Positions 1-8,400 are shown, numbered from the stretch's first letter. The stretch is DNA of 64,000 nt from Candidatus Heimdallarchaeota archaeon (GCA_030603365.1 JAUVXV010000005.1:96001-160000), one strand, 5' to 3'. Notes: generated by a model from the letters alone, not told the origin. Numbers and translations: made by a program.

Positions 1-30
1 CTTATATTTTAGAAGATTAAACGCGAATTA

Positions 31-1149
31 TTGATAAAAATGAGTGAAGAAGTATCGTATATTGATATGAGTACACTACACAATTTCATGAAAGATGTAT
101 TCATGGGTTTAGGTTATCCAGAAGAGCAAGCTAAGATTAGTGCAGATATATTGATCGAAGCTGATGTTAGAGGTATCACTTCTCATGGTGTTCAAAGATT
201 GAGATATTACTATGTTAGAGTGAAATCTAATCAACATCTTGTCACCGATTTTAAAATAATAAAAGATGAAGCAGCTACAGCTGTCATCGATGGTAACCAT
301 GGTAATGGTCATTATATCTCATACAAGGCAATGAAAATATCTATTGAAAAAGCTAAGAAGTATGGTATAGGGATGGTAGTCGTTAGAAACAGTACTCATT
401 ATGGTATAGCGGGTTACTATCCTCTCATGGCAATAAAAGAGGGGTGTCTAGGAATAACAGGAACAAATGCAAGACCAGCTGTTGCACCAACCTTTGGTGG
501 AGAACCTGTGTATGGTACTAATCCTCTTACCTTTGGCTTTCCAACCGATGAAGAGTTTCCATTTGTTTTAGATTGTGCTACATCTATTATTCAGAGAGGT
601 AAAGTAGAAATTGCTGCTAGAAATAACACTCCTTTACCAGATGGAGTAGTCATTGACAGAGAAACAGGTAAAACACGTACTGATGCAGCTCAATTGCTGA
701 AAGATTTTGTTGATAATAAAGCTGCTTTACTAGCTTTAGGGGGAGCTGGAGAAGAACTATCTGGTCACAAAGGATATGGTTACGCTACTGTAGTTGAGAT
801 TCTCTCTGCAGCTCTGCAAGATGGAGTGTTTCTCAAAGACTTATCAGGACTAGATGATGAGGGTACTAAAGTTCATTTCAGAGTTGGTCATTTCTTCATT
901 GCAATTGACCCATCGTTCTTCATGGGATTTGAGATTTTTAAAGCGATTGCAGGGAATATTTGTAGAGGCTTGCGAAATTCAGATAAGGTTCCTGATGCTT
1001 TTAGAATTTACACAGCAGGAGAAAAGGAATACGAAGCTGAGAAAATTGTTAGAGAAAAAGGCGTTCCTTTAAGCAAGAGTATCCAAGAAGACTTGATTTT
1101 CATGAGAGATGAGCTTAAACTTGCCAAGTATAATTTCTCTTTTAAATGA
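31..1149 (+). CDS. Ldh_2 family (malate/L-lactate/sulfolactate dehydrogenase-like) oxidoreductase
   Basis: ADVRGITSHGV, NSTHYGIAGYY, GTNPL, LDCATS, GHKGYG motifs; real start probably ATG at 40. Confidence 0.9.
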   Translation: MIKMSEEVSYIDMSTLHNFMKDVFMGLGYPEEQAKISADILIEADVRGITSHGVQRLRYYYVRVKSNQHLVTDFKIIKDEAATAVIDGNHGNGHYISYKAMKISIEKAKKYGIGMVVVRNSTHYGIAGYYPLMAIKEGCLGITGTNARPAVAPTFGGEPVYGTNPLTFGFPTDEEFPFVLDCATSIIQRGKVEIAARNNTPLPDGVVIDRETGKTRTDAAQLLKDFVDNKAALLALGGAGEELSGHKGYGYATVVEILSAALQDGVFLKDLSGLDDEGTKVHFRVGHFFIAIDPSFFMGFEIFKAIAGNICRGLRNSDKVPDAFRIYTAGEKEYEAEKIVREKGVPLSKSIQEDLIFMRDELKLAKYNFSFK

Positions 1150-1156
1150 AGTATAT

Positions 1157-2278
1157 TTATTCACTTCTAATTTCTTCTGGAGGGACGAAAGGAAACACTC
1201 TTCGAACAATATCTTTTGCTCTTTCGAAATGAGAGACCTTTCCTTCGAAATTTTCTAATTCTTCTCTGAATTCTTCGTAGAAGTTTTCAGTGAAATGTTT
1301 TGCTGCCGATTGAAGAATAAAGGCATCACTGTCACTTATAATAAGAGTAGTAACTTTATGTTCCTTGTCTTCAACAACTATGAGTTTTTTATCACCAAAA
1401 CTTACTTTCCGAAGATCCGTTTTAGCACCGGTAGTCTCAGAAATCAGCGCCTTTAGAGCTGTGACAGTTCCAGATACTAGTACGTCTTGATAAGCTAGAT
1501 CAACTGCCTTACCTCCAATTCTCACTGAAAAGAGTAATAGACCAGCATCATTGAAGATGAGTATCTTGTTAATTTTCGCAGGTAGTAGATAAACATAGAA
1601 TGGATTGAAGATGAAAGCTAAGGCTAAGATACCAAAGGTGATACTGAAAGGAATAGCTCCATAAATTTGGAAAGTGTTAAATGTCCATCTCTCGAAAACC
1701 TTGAGTGAAGCAAATACAAAACCAATTCCAGTTGCAGTAGCTATTAAGAAACTTATTCTTTTGAGTTTTTTATATTCCGCTCTCATTGTATCTTTTGTAT
1801 AAACATAAAACGCTTCTCCAAGTACAAAAGCTTGAAAGATGTTTAGCAAAACCCTTGAAACTCGATACTCTGGAGTTTCTGCATATACACCCGTAGATTC
1901 TATGCCGTAAAGAACCTCAAGTATGTATACAATTATGTATCCTCCTAGAAGTGTGGAAGCAGTTGCTAAGAGGAAAGTATTCGGTTTTTCATTACGCATG
2001 AATTCTAAATAGAGAAAGAGTACGAAAAGAGCTATACCTGAAGGAATCATGTGAAATTCTTGTAAAGAACTGTAATCAGAAACGATGCCATTTCGCCAAA
2101 GAATGAAAATAATGATCTCTAATACTCCTTGAAAGATTACCAAACCAAATAACCAAATGAACCATGTAAAACCAGTAATCCTGTCTCTGTATCTCCTATA
2201 CAAGAAATAAGCTAGGATGATACTAATAATAACCATCTGAGCAATTTTGATGTATAATTCACCATAACTAGAAGCCAT
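1157..2278 (-). CDS. 7TM membrane protein with C-terminal longin/roadblock-like domain
   Basis: Seven hydrophobic segments in aa ~9-225, then ILIFNDAGLLLFS...LVSGTVTAL...F..NFYEEF pattern typical of Asgard longin-like domains. Confidence 0.75.
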   Translation of the reverse strand: MASSYGELYIKIAQMVIISIILAYFLYRRYRDRITGFTWFIWLFGLVIFQGVLEIIIFILWRNGIVSDYSSLQEFHMIPSGIALFVLFLYLEFMRNEKPNTFLLATASTLLGGYIIVYILEVLYGIESTGVYAETPEYRVSRVLLNIFQAFVLGEAFYVYTKDTMRAEYKKLKRISFLIATATGIGFVFASLKVFERWTFNTFQIYGAIPFSITFGILALAFIFNPFYVYLLPAKINKILIFNDAGLLLFSVRIGGKAVDLAYQDVLVSGTVTALKALISETTGAKTDLRKVSFGDKKLIVVEDKEHKVTTLIISDSDAFILQSAAKHFTENFYEEFREELENFEGKVSHFERAKDIVRRVFPFVPPEEIRSE

Positions 2279-2339
2279 CGAATATGCTTAAACGTGCTGA
2301 AATATAAATTTAGCCCTAATTTAACATGAAGAGATAAGA

Positions 2340-2434
2340 GAGGGAAGGGTGTGGTTCCCCTCCCACTAAGCTCTGCTGGTGGTTAAAACTAGCGAGGGGA
2401 CGCTAGTTGAATTTGATATGTGGGGACATATCAA
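2340..2434. ncRNA. Candidate small RNA of four tandem hairpins
   Basis: Stems 2340-2362, 2363-2382, 2387-2408 (8 bp perfect), 2413-2434 (9 bp perfect); TTTAAATA box on minus strand at 2457-2464; strand not settled. Confidence 0.5.
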
Positions 2435-2623
2435 CATTAGACTTAAGAGAAAATACTATTTAAACCCCCAAATTTTCATAATACTTTCGTTTCACCATAC
2501 GCTGAAAGTAAAACAGATTCAATAGATAGGCGGTTTTTGGTTTCGTTGTGTAGGTGAAAACACAATAATGACTAAATGTGTGTGATGGAAATTTTATATA
2601 GGTAAGATTGTAATATACTTGCA

Positions 2624-2989
2624 ATGGATTCCGAAGTAGAGAAACAAGATTATGAGTTGCTCTTACTCCTCAGTACTTTAGGAGCTAATAAAATTCGAGC
2701 AATACTTATCTTGGCACACCTATACCCAAAAGCGATCACTGCCACACAACTATCAACTCTGCTTGGATATTCGATGAAAGCAAGAACAATCTATCGAGGT
2801 ATATTAGATGACCTACAGGAAAGAGAATTAATCTTTCTAGACAAACTCACTCCCAAAGTAGCCAGCATTCGATTAAATCATGAGAACGAGTTACTCAAAA
2901 GACTAATCGAAATGTCTCAGAACCAGGGAGGAGAGTATCAAAAGGTAATCGATGAACTATTGGTGAAAAAAGATGAAGATGAATGGTAA
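2624..2989 (+). CDS. Winged-helix DNA-binding protein
   Basis: KIRAILILAHLYPKAITATQLSTLLGYS...LDDLQERELI wHTH pattern. Confidence 0.65.
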   Translation: MDSEVEKQDYELLLLLSTLGANKIRAILILAHLYPKAITATQLSTLLGYSMKARTIYRGILDDLQERELIFLDKLTPKVASIRLNHENELLKRLIEMSQNQGGEYQKVIDELLVKKDEDEW

Positions 2990-3596
2990 ATACCAATCAC
3001 TGCTTCGAGCAGATAGAAAACCCACTCTAACTGTAAAAAGGGCGTTATTCTATTTAGTATTACTAGTATCTCTAGCCCTGTTTATCTCGTTTTTCACCTC
3101 TTTAAGTTATTCACAAACCTTTGATAGATCTTTTACTGATTTTAACGCTATACCTACTATTCCAACTGATTATGTAGCAGTCTTTACAACAGAACTAATT
3201 AACGAAGGATATAGAGATTTAAACGGTATCATCATCTCTTTACCAACTTGGGGTATTGTAACTCTAATCACCTCAGGTGTAGGATTTGGATCAACTATTC
3301 TGAGTTCAACTCTCTCAAAAACAATGTTATTAGAAAATAAGAAATGGTTGAAAACTTGGACAAAGAAAGGGAAAATAACTTACCACTATTTCTTTAAGAT
3401 GGTGAAAATAGATCTGGGGGAGAATAGAATAAGCATACTTAAGCTGAAGAATAAGTATAGAATTAAGATACAAATTGCAGAGGGTTTAGATCTTTCCAAA
3501 TATGGGTTCTCTTTAAAGAATAACTATTTTGTAGGATATTTTGTAAAAGAGGAACTGTCTAGTACTATTCATTTACTCAGTACTCAACTGCAATAA
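2973..3596 (+). CDS. Hypothetical membrane protein (2 TM)
   Basis: Two hydrophobic segments; overlaps upstream wHTH gene, suggesting translational coupling. Confidence 0.6.
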   Translation: MKMNGKYQSLLRADRKPTLTVKRALFYLVLLVSLALFISFFTSLSYSQTFDRSFTDFNAIPTIPTDYVAVFTTELINEGYRDLNGIIISLPTWGIVTLITSGVGFGSTILSSTLSKTMLLENKKWLKTWTKKGKITYHYFFKMVKIDLGENRISILKLKNKYRIKIQIAEGLDLSKYGFSLKNNYFVGYFVKEELSSTIHLLSTQLQ

Positions 3597-3650
3597 TTCT
3601 CTTATTGCTTCTGTTCTTACTCTTCTAACTATCCTACTTTCATTACTCGA

Positions 3651-3708
3651 GGACTCTTGTACAGAGTCCCACTATTGCCCTAGAGTGTAGAGTGGTGGAA
3701 ACTCTACA
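3651..3708. other. Two perfect hairpins between convergent genes
   Basis: GGACTCT-tgtac-AGAGTCC (3651-3669) and TGTAGAGT-ggtggaa-ACTCTACA (3686-3708). Confidence 0.55.
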
Positions 3709-3737
3709 TCTTGAATTATTCCGCTCGAATGTTTCGT

Positions 3738-5078
3738 TTAAGCTGTAGCTTCATTACCATTAGCAATATGCTTTCGCAGATAAGAAAGATCCTTAGATGC
3801 TGGCTCTTCTTTCTTATATTGACCAAAATTACCATTTTGTAATTTATCTTCGATTTTAGCTATGGTACTATCTAACAACCAGTCCTTGTCAACTCTCCAT
3901 TTTTTCTGCTGCCAGTCGAAATTATCATACTCAAAAGTCCAATAGAGACCATGTTTTCCAAAGAAATCAAGTGAGTAGATTTTATAATCCTTTAAGGTAC
4001 TCCAAATGAGATAATTAATCTTGGATTCGTAGTATGGCGGCATTGTAAGTCTGAGGAATATTCCTTTGTTGAATAGCTCTAAATGTGATTGAAATGGAAT
4101 TCTCTCTTCATGGAAGAAGCGGAAAATTTGAGCTTTTTCTTTTTCAGGAACATTTTCTATGAAATATGCTCGTGTAGCATGTTGTTCAAATAACTTACGA
4201 CTGAAATTCCAGCGTGGGTGAGTAACAAGGTTGTTCATGACTAAATTATAGTATTTCCTACCAAAATCAACTTTAGCATTGTGCATATTCTTGTCATCAA
4301 AAAACTCACTGAGATTGAATAACAAAATTTCTTCAGCACTTGTAAGTTTCTCCTCATTAGAGTTTGAAACTTGTTCATTCTTCTTGCTAAGATGTTTGTA
4401 GTAGTCACTATAATGTTGAATCAAATCTGTTTGCTTTGACCTAATATCAATAGTTCTTCCATTAGTTATTGAAGTTGTTAAGTCTTTTAGTAGTTCAAAA
4501 TGGAGAGGTTCTATTGTCTGAAGATCAATAGCAGATGGTAGTCTAGGTAGCGAAACGCTTTTAGATAACCTTTTTTCCCAGAATGAAATTAGATCAAATG
4601 GTTCTGGATCTTGAGTATAGTGGGGTAAGGGTTGTGGCCTGGTGAACCGATAACCCATAGATTTCATTGTGAAAAAACTGTCACAATATTCTTGTTCAAC
4701 TAAATGCTCAAGATACTGGTTAAATAACTGCTCAGTATTCTCCGGGAGCTCGAAATGTGCATAGATTCCATAACTTTCACCATAAAAACGGTTGTATGCT
4801 CGAATATACTTGTGTTCAGATAAGGCATTTTGCAATAAAGTAAACTGGTGGAGAGAACTTATTGAAAATATAACTCCATATCTATAAAGTGAAATTCGTT
4901 CTGGAACAAAAGATGCGAATGGTGTTCGGAGAATTTTCCGATCTTTAAGTGATTTAACGCGTCGAATCATTGTTTGTGGAGAAATTTTTAGTTTCTCTGC
5001 TTGCTTGGAAAATGGTTCTAACGGATAATTCTGCAATACATGCAGTATCTTTTTGTCAAGTATGTTTAAATGATCCAT
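3738..5078 (-). CDS. Large Lrp/AsnC-type transcriptional regulator, apparently with two HTH-RAM-like modules
   Basis: N-terminal LDKKILHVLQ...FSKQAEKLKISPQTMIRRVKSL AsnC HTH; second degenerate module starting near IEPLHFELLKDL. Confidence 0.7.
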   Translation of the reverse strand: MDHLNILDKKILHVLQNYPLEPFSKQAEKLKISPQTMIRRVKSLKDRKILRTPFASFVPERISLYRYGVIFSISSLHQFTLLQNALSEHKYIRAYNRFYGESYGIYAHFELPENTEQLFNQYLEHLVEQEYCDSFFTMKSMGYRFTRPQPLPHYTQDPEPFDLISFWEKRLSKSVSLPRLPSAIDLQTIEPLHFELLKDLTTSITNGRTIDIRSKQTDLIQHYSDYYKHLSKKNEQVSNSNEEKLTSAEEILLFNLSEFFDDKNMHNAKVDFGRKYYNLVMNNLVTHPRWNFSRKLFEQHATRAYFIENVPEKEKAQIFRFFHEERIPFQSHLELFNKGIFLRLTMPPYYESKINYLIWSTLKDYKIYSLDFFGKHGLYWTFEYDNFDWQQKKWRVDKDWLLDSTIAKIEDKLQNGNFGQYKKEEPASKDLSYLRKHIANGNEATA

Positions 5079-5104
5079 TTTTTTGACCTCTTTTTTTTGT
5101 TATT

Positions 5105-5402
5105 GTTGTTTGCGAAGAAACAACCGGAGAGATCAAGAAGGTGGCTTGTACAAGAAATGTAGCCTCCGCAGTTTGCAGTCTAGCGTGCAATATCTTGTAC
5201 AAGACCCTCTCGATATCCCCTTCGAGAGAACCCATTTAGACCTCTAACTTTGTTTCTTCGTGGTTTGACCCCTTGTGTTTGAGTTCGAATTAGCTTCCTT
5301 TGACCTTTCCTAGTGGAAACCTTAATGGGGGGATTAATGACCTAGTTTCCCCCCAGGTTTTCCTTTCTCGCCAAATGAGGAAAGGGGTGGGGTTTCTGGC
5401 GA
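5105..5402 (-). ncRNA. Candidate structured intergenic/leader RNA
   Basis: At least six hairpins; plus-strand A.C mismatches become G.U pairs on minus; G-run and C-run loops. Confidence 0.55.
5145..5204. promoter_or_regulatory. Two CTTGTACAAG palindromes (candidate operators or RNA stem arms)
   Basis: Perfect 10-bp palindrome at 5145-5154 and 5194-5203, 49 bp apart, upstream of the regulator. Confidence 0.4.
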
Positions 5403-5430
5403 TTTTGATTTTTAATTCAGCGTGATCTTA

Positions 5431-5658
5431 TCATCCAGTTGCATACCCATGAGTTCCTATTGGCACATCCTCAACCGGACCTGCTCCTCCAGGACTATAC
5501 CCTATTGGCACATCTTCAACTGGACCTGCTCCTCCAGGACTATACCCTATTGGCACATCTTCAAGAGGTTCAGAAGTTGTAATCATTATTGTTCCTGCAA
5601 CCAAAGCAAGAATTGTTACTAAACAAAATACCCCAAGTACTTTTTGTTTCTTTTTCAT
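5431..5658 (-). CDS. Small secreted/membrane prepropeptide with tandem repeated cores
   Basis: Basic N-terminus + hydrophobic helix, then EDVPIGYSPGGAGPV x2 and EDVPIGTHGYATG; GGTGG SD; CTTAAATA box near 5708-5715; double stop TGA-TAA. Confidence 0.85.
   Translation of the reverse strand: MKKKQKVLGVFCLVTILALVAGTIMITTSEPLEDVPIGYSPGGAGPVEDVPIGYSPGGAGPVEDVPIGTHGYATG
5456..5564. repeat. 45-bp coding tandem repeat, ~2.4 copies
   Basis: Units 5456-5500, 5501-5545, partial 5546-5564; the two full units differ only at synonymous positions. Confidence 0.95.
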
Positions 5659-6334
5659 TTATTTTCCACCAGCTTTATTCGAGCTCAAGTTACCATGTGT
5701 ACTAGTATTATTTAAGAGTTGTTACAATTTTCCATGTTTCTTAAAAAAGTGGAAAAAAGTAACATGACTCATGTCTAAATGCATTACATGAAAGTTTGAC
5801 GGCTCTGTTAAACTATTTTTGTCGGGATATTAAGAAGATATGACCTAATGGTCTATGTAAGGCAAATTCCGTTTTACCTTACAGACGTGAAAATATCTGG
5901 GTATATATGCGGGGAATATTGCTTAGATTATTTTTCTTTTAATAATAAAAAATTGTTGAACAAAGAGTGCATTCTTTTGAGTAATTCTACTGTTAGCTAA
6001 ACAAAATACTAGATAAAATCAACATACTTTCATTTAATGATTAATTAAGTATTGACATAAATGATTAGAGGGCTTGAATCAGTGATTTGTTTTTCTACAA
6101 AAAATCGATGTTTATCTAGAAGAAGAGTTGAGTCGATATCGCATTAAGAATAACTACAAAAAAAATCATATTACACTATTTTCTTCAAATTTGGAATTTT
6201 TTCAGAAGTATTTCTTAGCTGAGAATTTTACTTTAAAAACAACTCTTTTAGTATACAATCTGTCTTACAAAATTTCTCTATTTTAATTTACTACTATCTA
6301 TATACTTCTGTCAAATAGGATGCTAAAAAAGTAG

Positions 6335-6733
6335 TTATTTTTTAATCGCATAAGCAATTTTCAGAAATAATCCACATCCTGTACAAAACTCTGTTTCTTT
6401 TGAATTCACTGTTTCACAATTTGGACAAACAAGTAGTTCTTCTTTTGCAATTCCTTCTACTATTTTCTCTTGTTCAAGATCATCTTTAGGTTCTTCCTTG
6501 TTTTGTGATTTAACAAATTTTCTCATTTTAAAAGCTAGAACAGTAAATACAATTAGCAGGATGGAAGATACAAAAGCTATAAGTATACCAATTATTGACC
6601 AAATTAAACTTAAATGTACTCCAAAAACTATACCTCCGATGGCTACCAAAGGTAATGCGAATACAAATATAGTTAACAACAGTAATCCAAATGTGGTTGA
6701 TTTCTTTTTATTTTCATTCTTCTCCTTATTCAT
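6335..6733 (-). CDS. Membrane protein with C-terminal zinc ribbon
   Basis: 2 TM + CPNC...CTGC. Confidence 0.8.
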   Translation of the reverse strand: MNKEKNENKKKSTTFGLLLLTIFVFALPLVAIGGIVFGVHLSLIWSIIGILIAFVSSILLIVFTVLAFKMRKFVKSQNKEEPKDDLEQEKIVEGIAKEELLVCPNCETVNSKETEFCTGCGLFLKIAYAIKK

Positions 6734-7121
6734 CTATTTTGACCTCTTCCTCAGGTTCTTTTAAGAAGAAACCACATTTTGAGCAATTTTCTTGGTCAGC
6801 TGAATTACGTGTTTTGCATATAAGACAAATTTTCAAATTTAAGGACTGATTACAATAAACACAGTTTTTCCGACTAAGAGGATTTGTTTTATTACATTCA
6901 GGGCAGATCGAGATATCTTTTCTCTTCCTGAAAGAGGATCCAAAAACTAAAATAATGGATGAAAATGCAATTCCTAAAATCCCCCCTATAATGTATCCCC
7001 TATTCATAGTTTGATCTATGACAACTATACCTATATATAGACAGTAGACCGATCCCAGGAATATAATTATTAAACCAATGTTGATAACCTTATTGTTGAC
7101 TAAGAAATTACATCTTTTCAT
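6726..7121 (-). CDS. Membrane protein with double zinc ribbon
   Basis: 2 TM + four CxxC pairs. Confidence 0.8.
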   Translation of the reverse strand: MKRCNFLVNNKVINIGLIIIFLGSVYCLYIGIVVIDQTMNRGYIIGGILGIAFSSIILVFGSSFRKRKDISICPECNKTNPLSRKNCVYCNQSLNLKICLICKTRNSADQENCSKCGFFLKEPEEEVKIDE

Positions 7122-7179
7122 AACAATATTAACATTAGGAAAATGATGATTTAAGTTTTAGCTATGATTTCTAATTCTA

Positions 7180-8400
7180 CTATTTATGCTTAAAGAATTG
7201 CTTTGTGCTTAGTACAGTAAGAGCTAATAGTGATAAAATAAGCAAACTGAAACTGTAATTTATTGTTTTGATTGTTGGTGTTTCAAGATATTCAACTGAT
7301 GGAAAAGGATCATTAGCTTCTGCTGTTCCATCGATAGGATAAGGCATTTCCATATGCCAATCCGACCAATAATTACCTTCTTCTGTCTCTTCATCAAACC
7401 AAATATTTTCTGTTCCATCGTCACAAGCTTGAGAATAACCTCCAAAGTTATTATCTATGAAAGTATTATGGTGGATGATATTAACATCAGAAGCATAATT
7501 GATATAGAGACCATAATCTTGGTTTCTTTCAAATAGATTGTTAGTTAGAACACAATGATCAGCACTATCTAATCTCATACCATTATCATTAAACTCGCAA
7601 GTATTGTTAGCTAAGTTTACTCTAGAGGAGTAAGATAACAATGTTCCAGCAAAGCTATTTTTCGTACAAGTGTTATTTGTTACTGTCGTTCCTGTCGAAT
7701 ATTTTAACCAGATTCCATGCCAATTGTTGTACTTACAAGTGTTGTTTGTAACTGTGCTTCTGGATGAGGAATAAAGAAGAATTCCTGCATTAAAATTATT
7801 ACTACAATTATTACTAGATAATCTATTCTCTGGTGATTCAAAAATAAAGATTCCATGATTAATATTGTTAAAACAATTATTATTTGAAAGTGTTACATTA
7901 GATGAATTGAGTATCTCAATTCCATTAATGTTACTGCTACAGGAATTATTAGCAACTATGGCTCCAGAACATTCTCTTAAACTGATGCCATCAAATTCAC
8001 TGCTCACACAGCTATTATTCATAACTGACACAGTACCCCATGAAATGCAGTCTGAAATCGTGATTCCTACCCTCGATGCTTCTATGTAGCAGTTCAGTAT
8101 AATAAAAAATTTAGAAGTGTTCCAGATTGAAATACCATATTGAGCTGAAGTTACTATCAAGTAATTCTCTATTAGGTACGGATTTTCAGTTGTTCCTAAA
8201 CCTGGAAAACCATAGTTGATGAAACCTTCGTCATTGTCTATTTCTATTGGACCATGAGTTACATAAGAGTCAATTAAAGAATTATGAGTATTATTGAATT
8301 TGCTAACACTAGAATGATCCTCTGAATTGTATACTTCAGAACCAGATATTAAGCAAAAGCTGAATATCAGAACAATCAGAAGTTTTTTCATCTTTTTCAC
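7180..8400 (-). CDS. Right-handed parallel beta-helix (NosD/CASH-like) surface protein
   Basis: Signal peptide, GFPGLGTTENPYLIEN, NN-C-xx-N-xx-GI repeats, GNYWSD, C-terminal TM. Confidence 0.85.
   Translation of the reverse strand: MKKMKKLLIVLIFSFCLISGSEVYNSEDHSSVSKFNNTHNSLIDSYVTHGPIEIDNDEGFINYGFPGLGTTENPYLIENYLIVTSAQYGISIWNTSKFFIILNCYIEASRVGITISDCISWGTVSVMNNSCVSSEFDGISLRECSGAIVANNSCSSNINGIEILNSSNVTLSNNNCFNNINHGIFIFESPENRLSSNNCSNNFNAGILLYSSSRSTVTNNTCKYNNWHGIWLKYSTGTTVTNNTCTKNSFAGTLLSYSSRVNLANNTCEFNDNGMRLDSADHCVLTNNLFERNQDYGLYINYASDVNIIHHNTFIDNNFGGYSQACDDGTENIWFDEETEEGNYWSDWHMEMPYPIDGTAEANDPFPSVEYLETPTIKTINYSFSLLILSLLALTVLSTKQFFKHK

Noticed and set aside
2366-2437. 23-aa minus-strand ORF (MLICPHISNS...)
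   Set aside because: No coding features; the perfect stems are better explained as RNA structure
5456-5564. CRISPR-like repeat array
   Set aside because: Units are contiguous with no unique spacers, are a multiple of three, and vary only synonymously; no cas genes
5422-5622. Plus-strand 66-aa repeat ORF
   Set aside because: Antisense shadow; the minus ORF has the SD, TATA and signal peptide
5800-6330. Long AT-rich gap as replication origin or mobile element
   Set aside because: No ORB-like repeats, cdc6, terminal repeats or transposase seen
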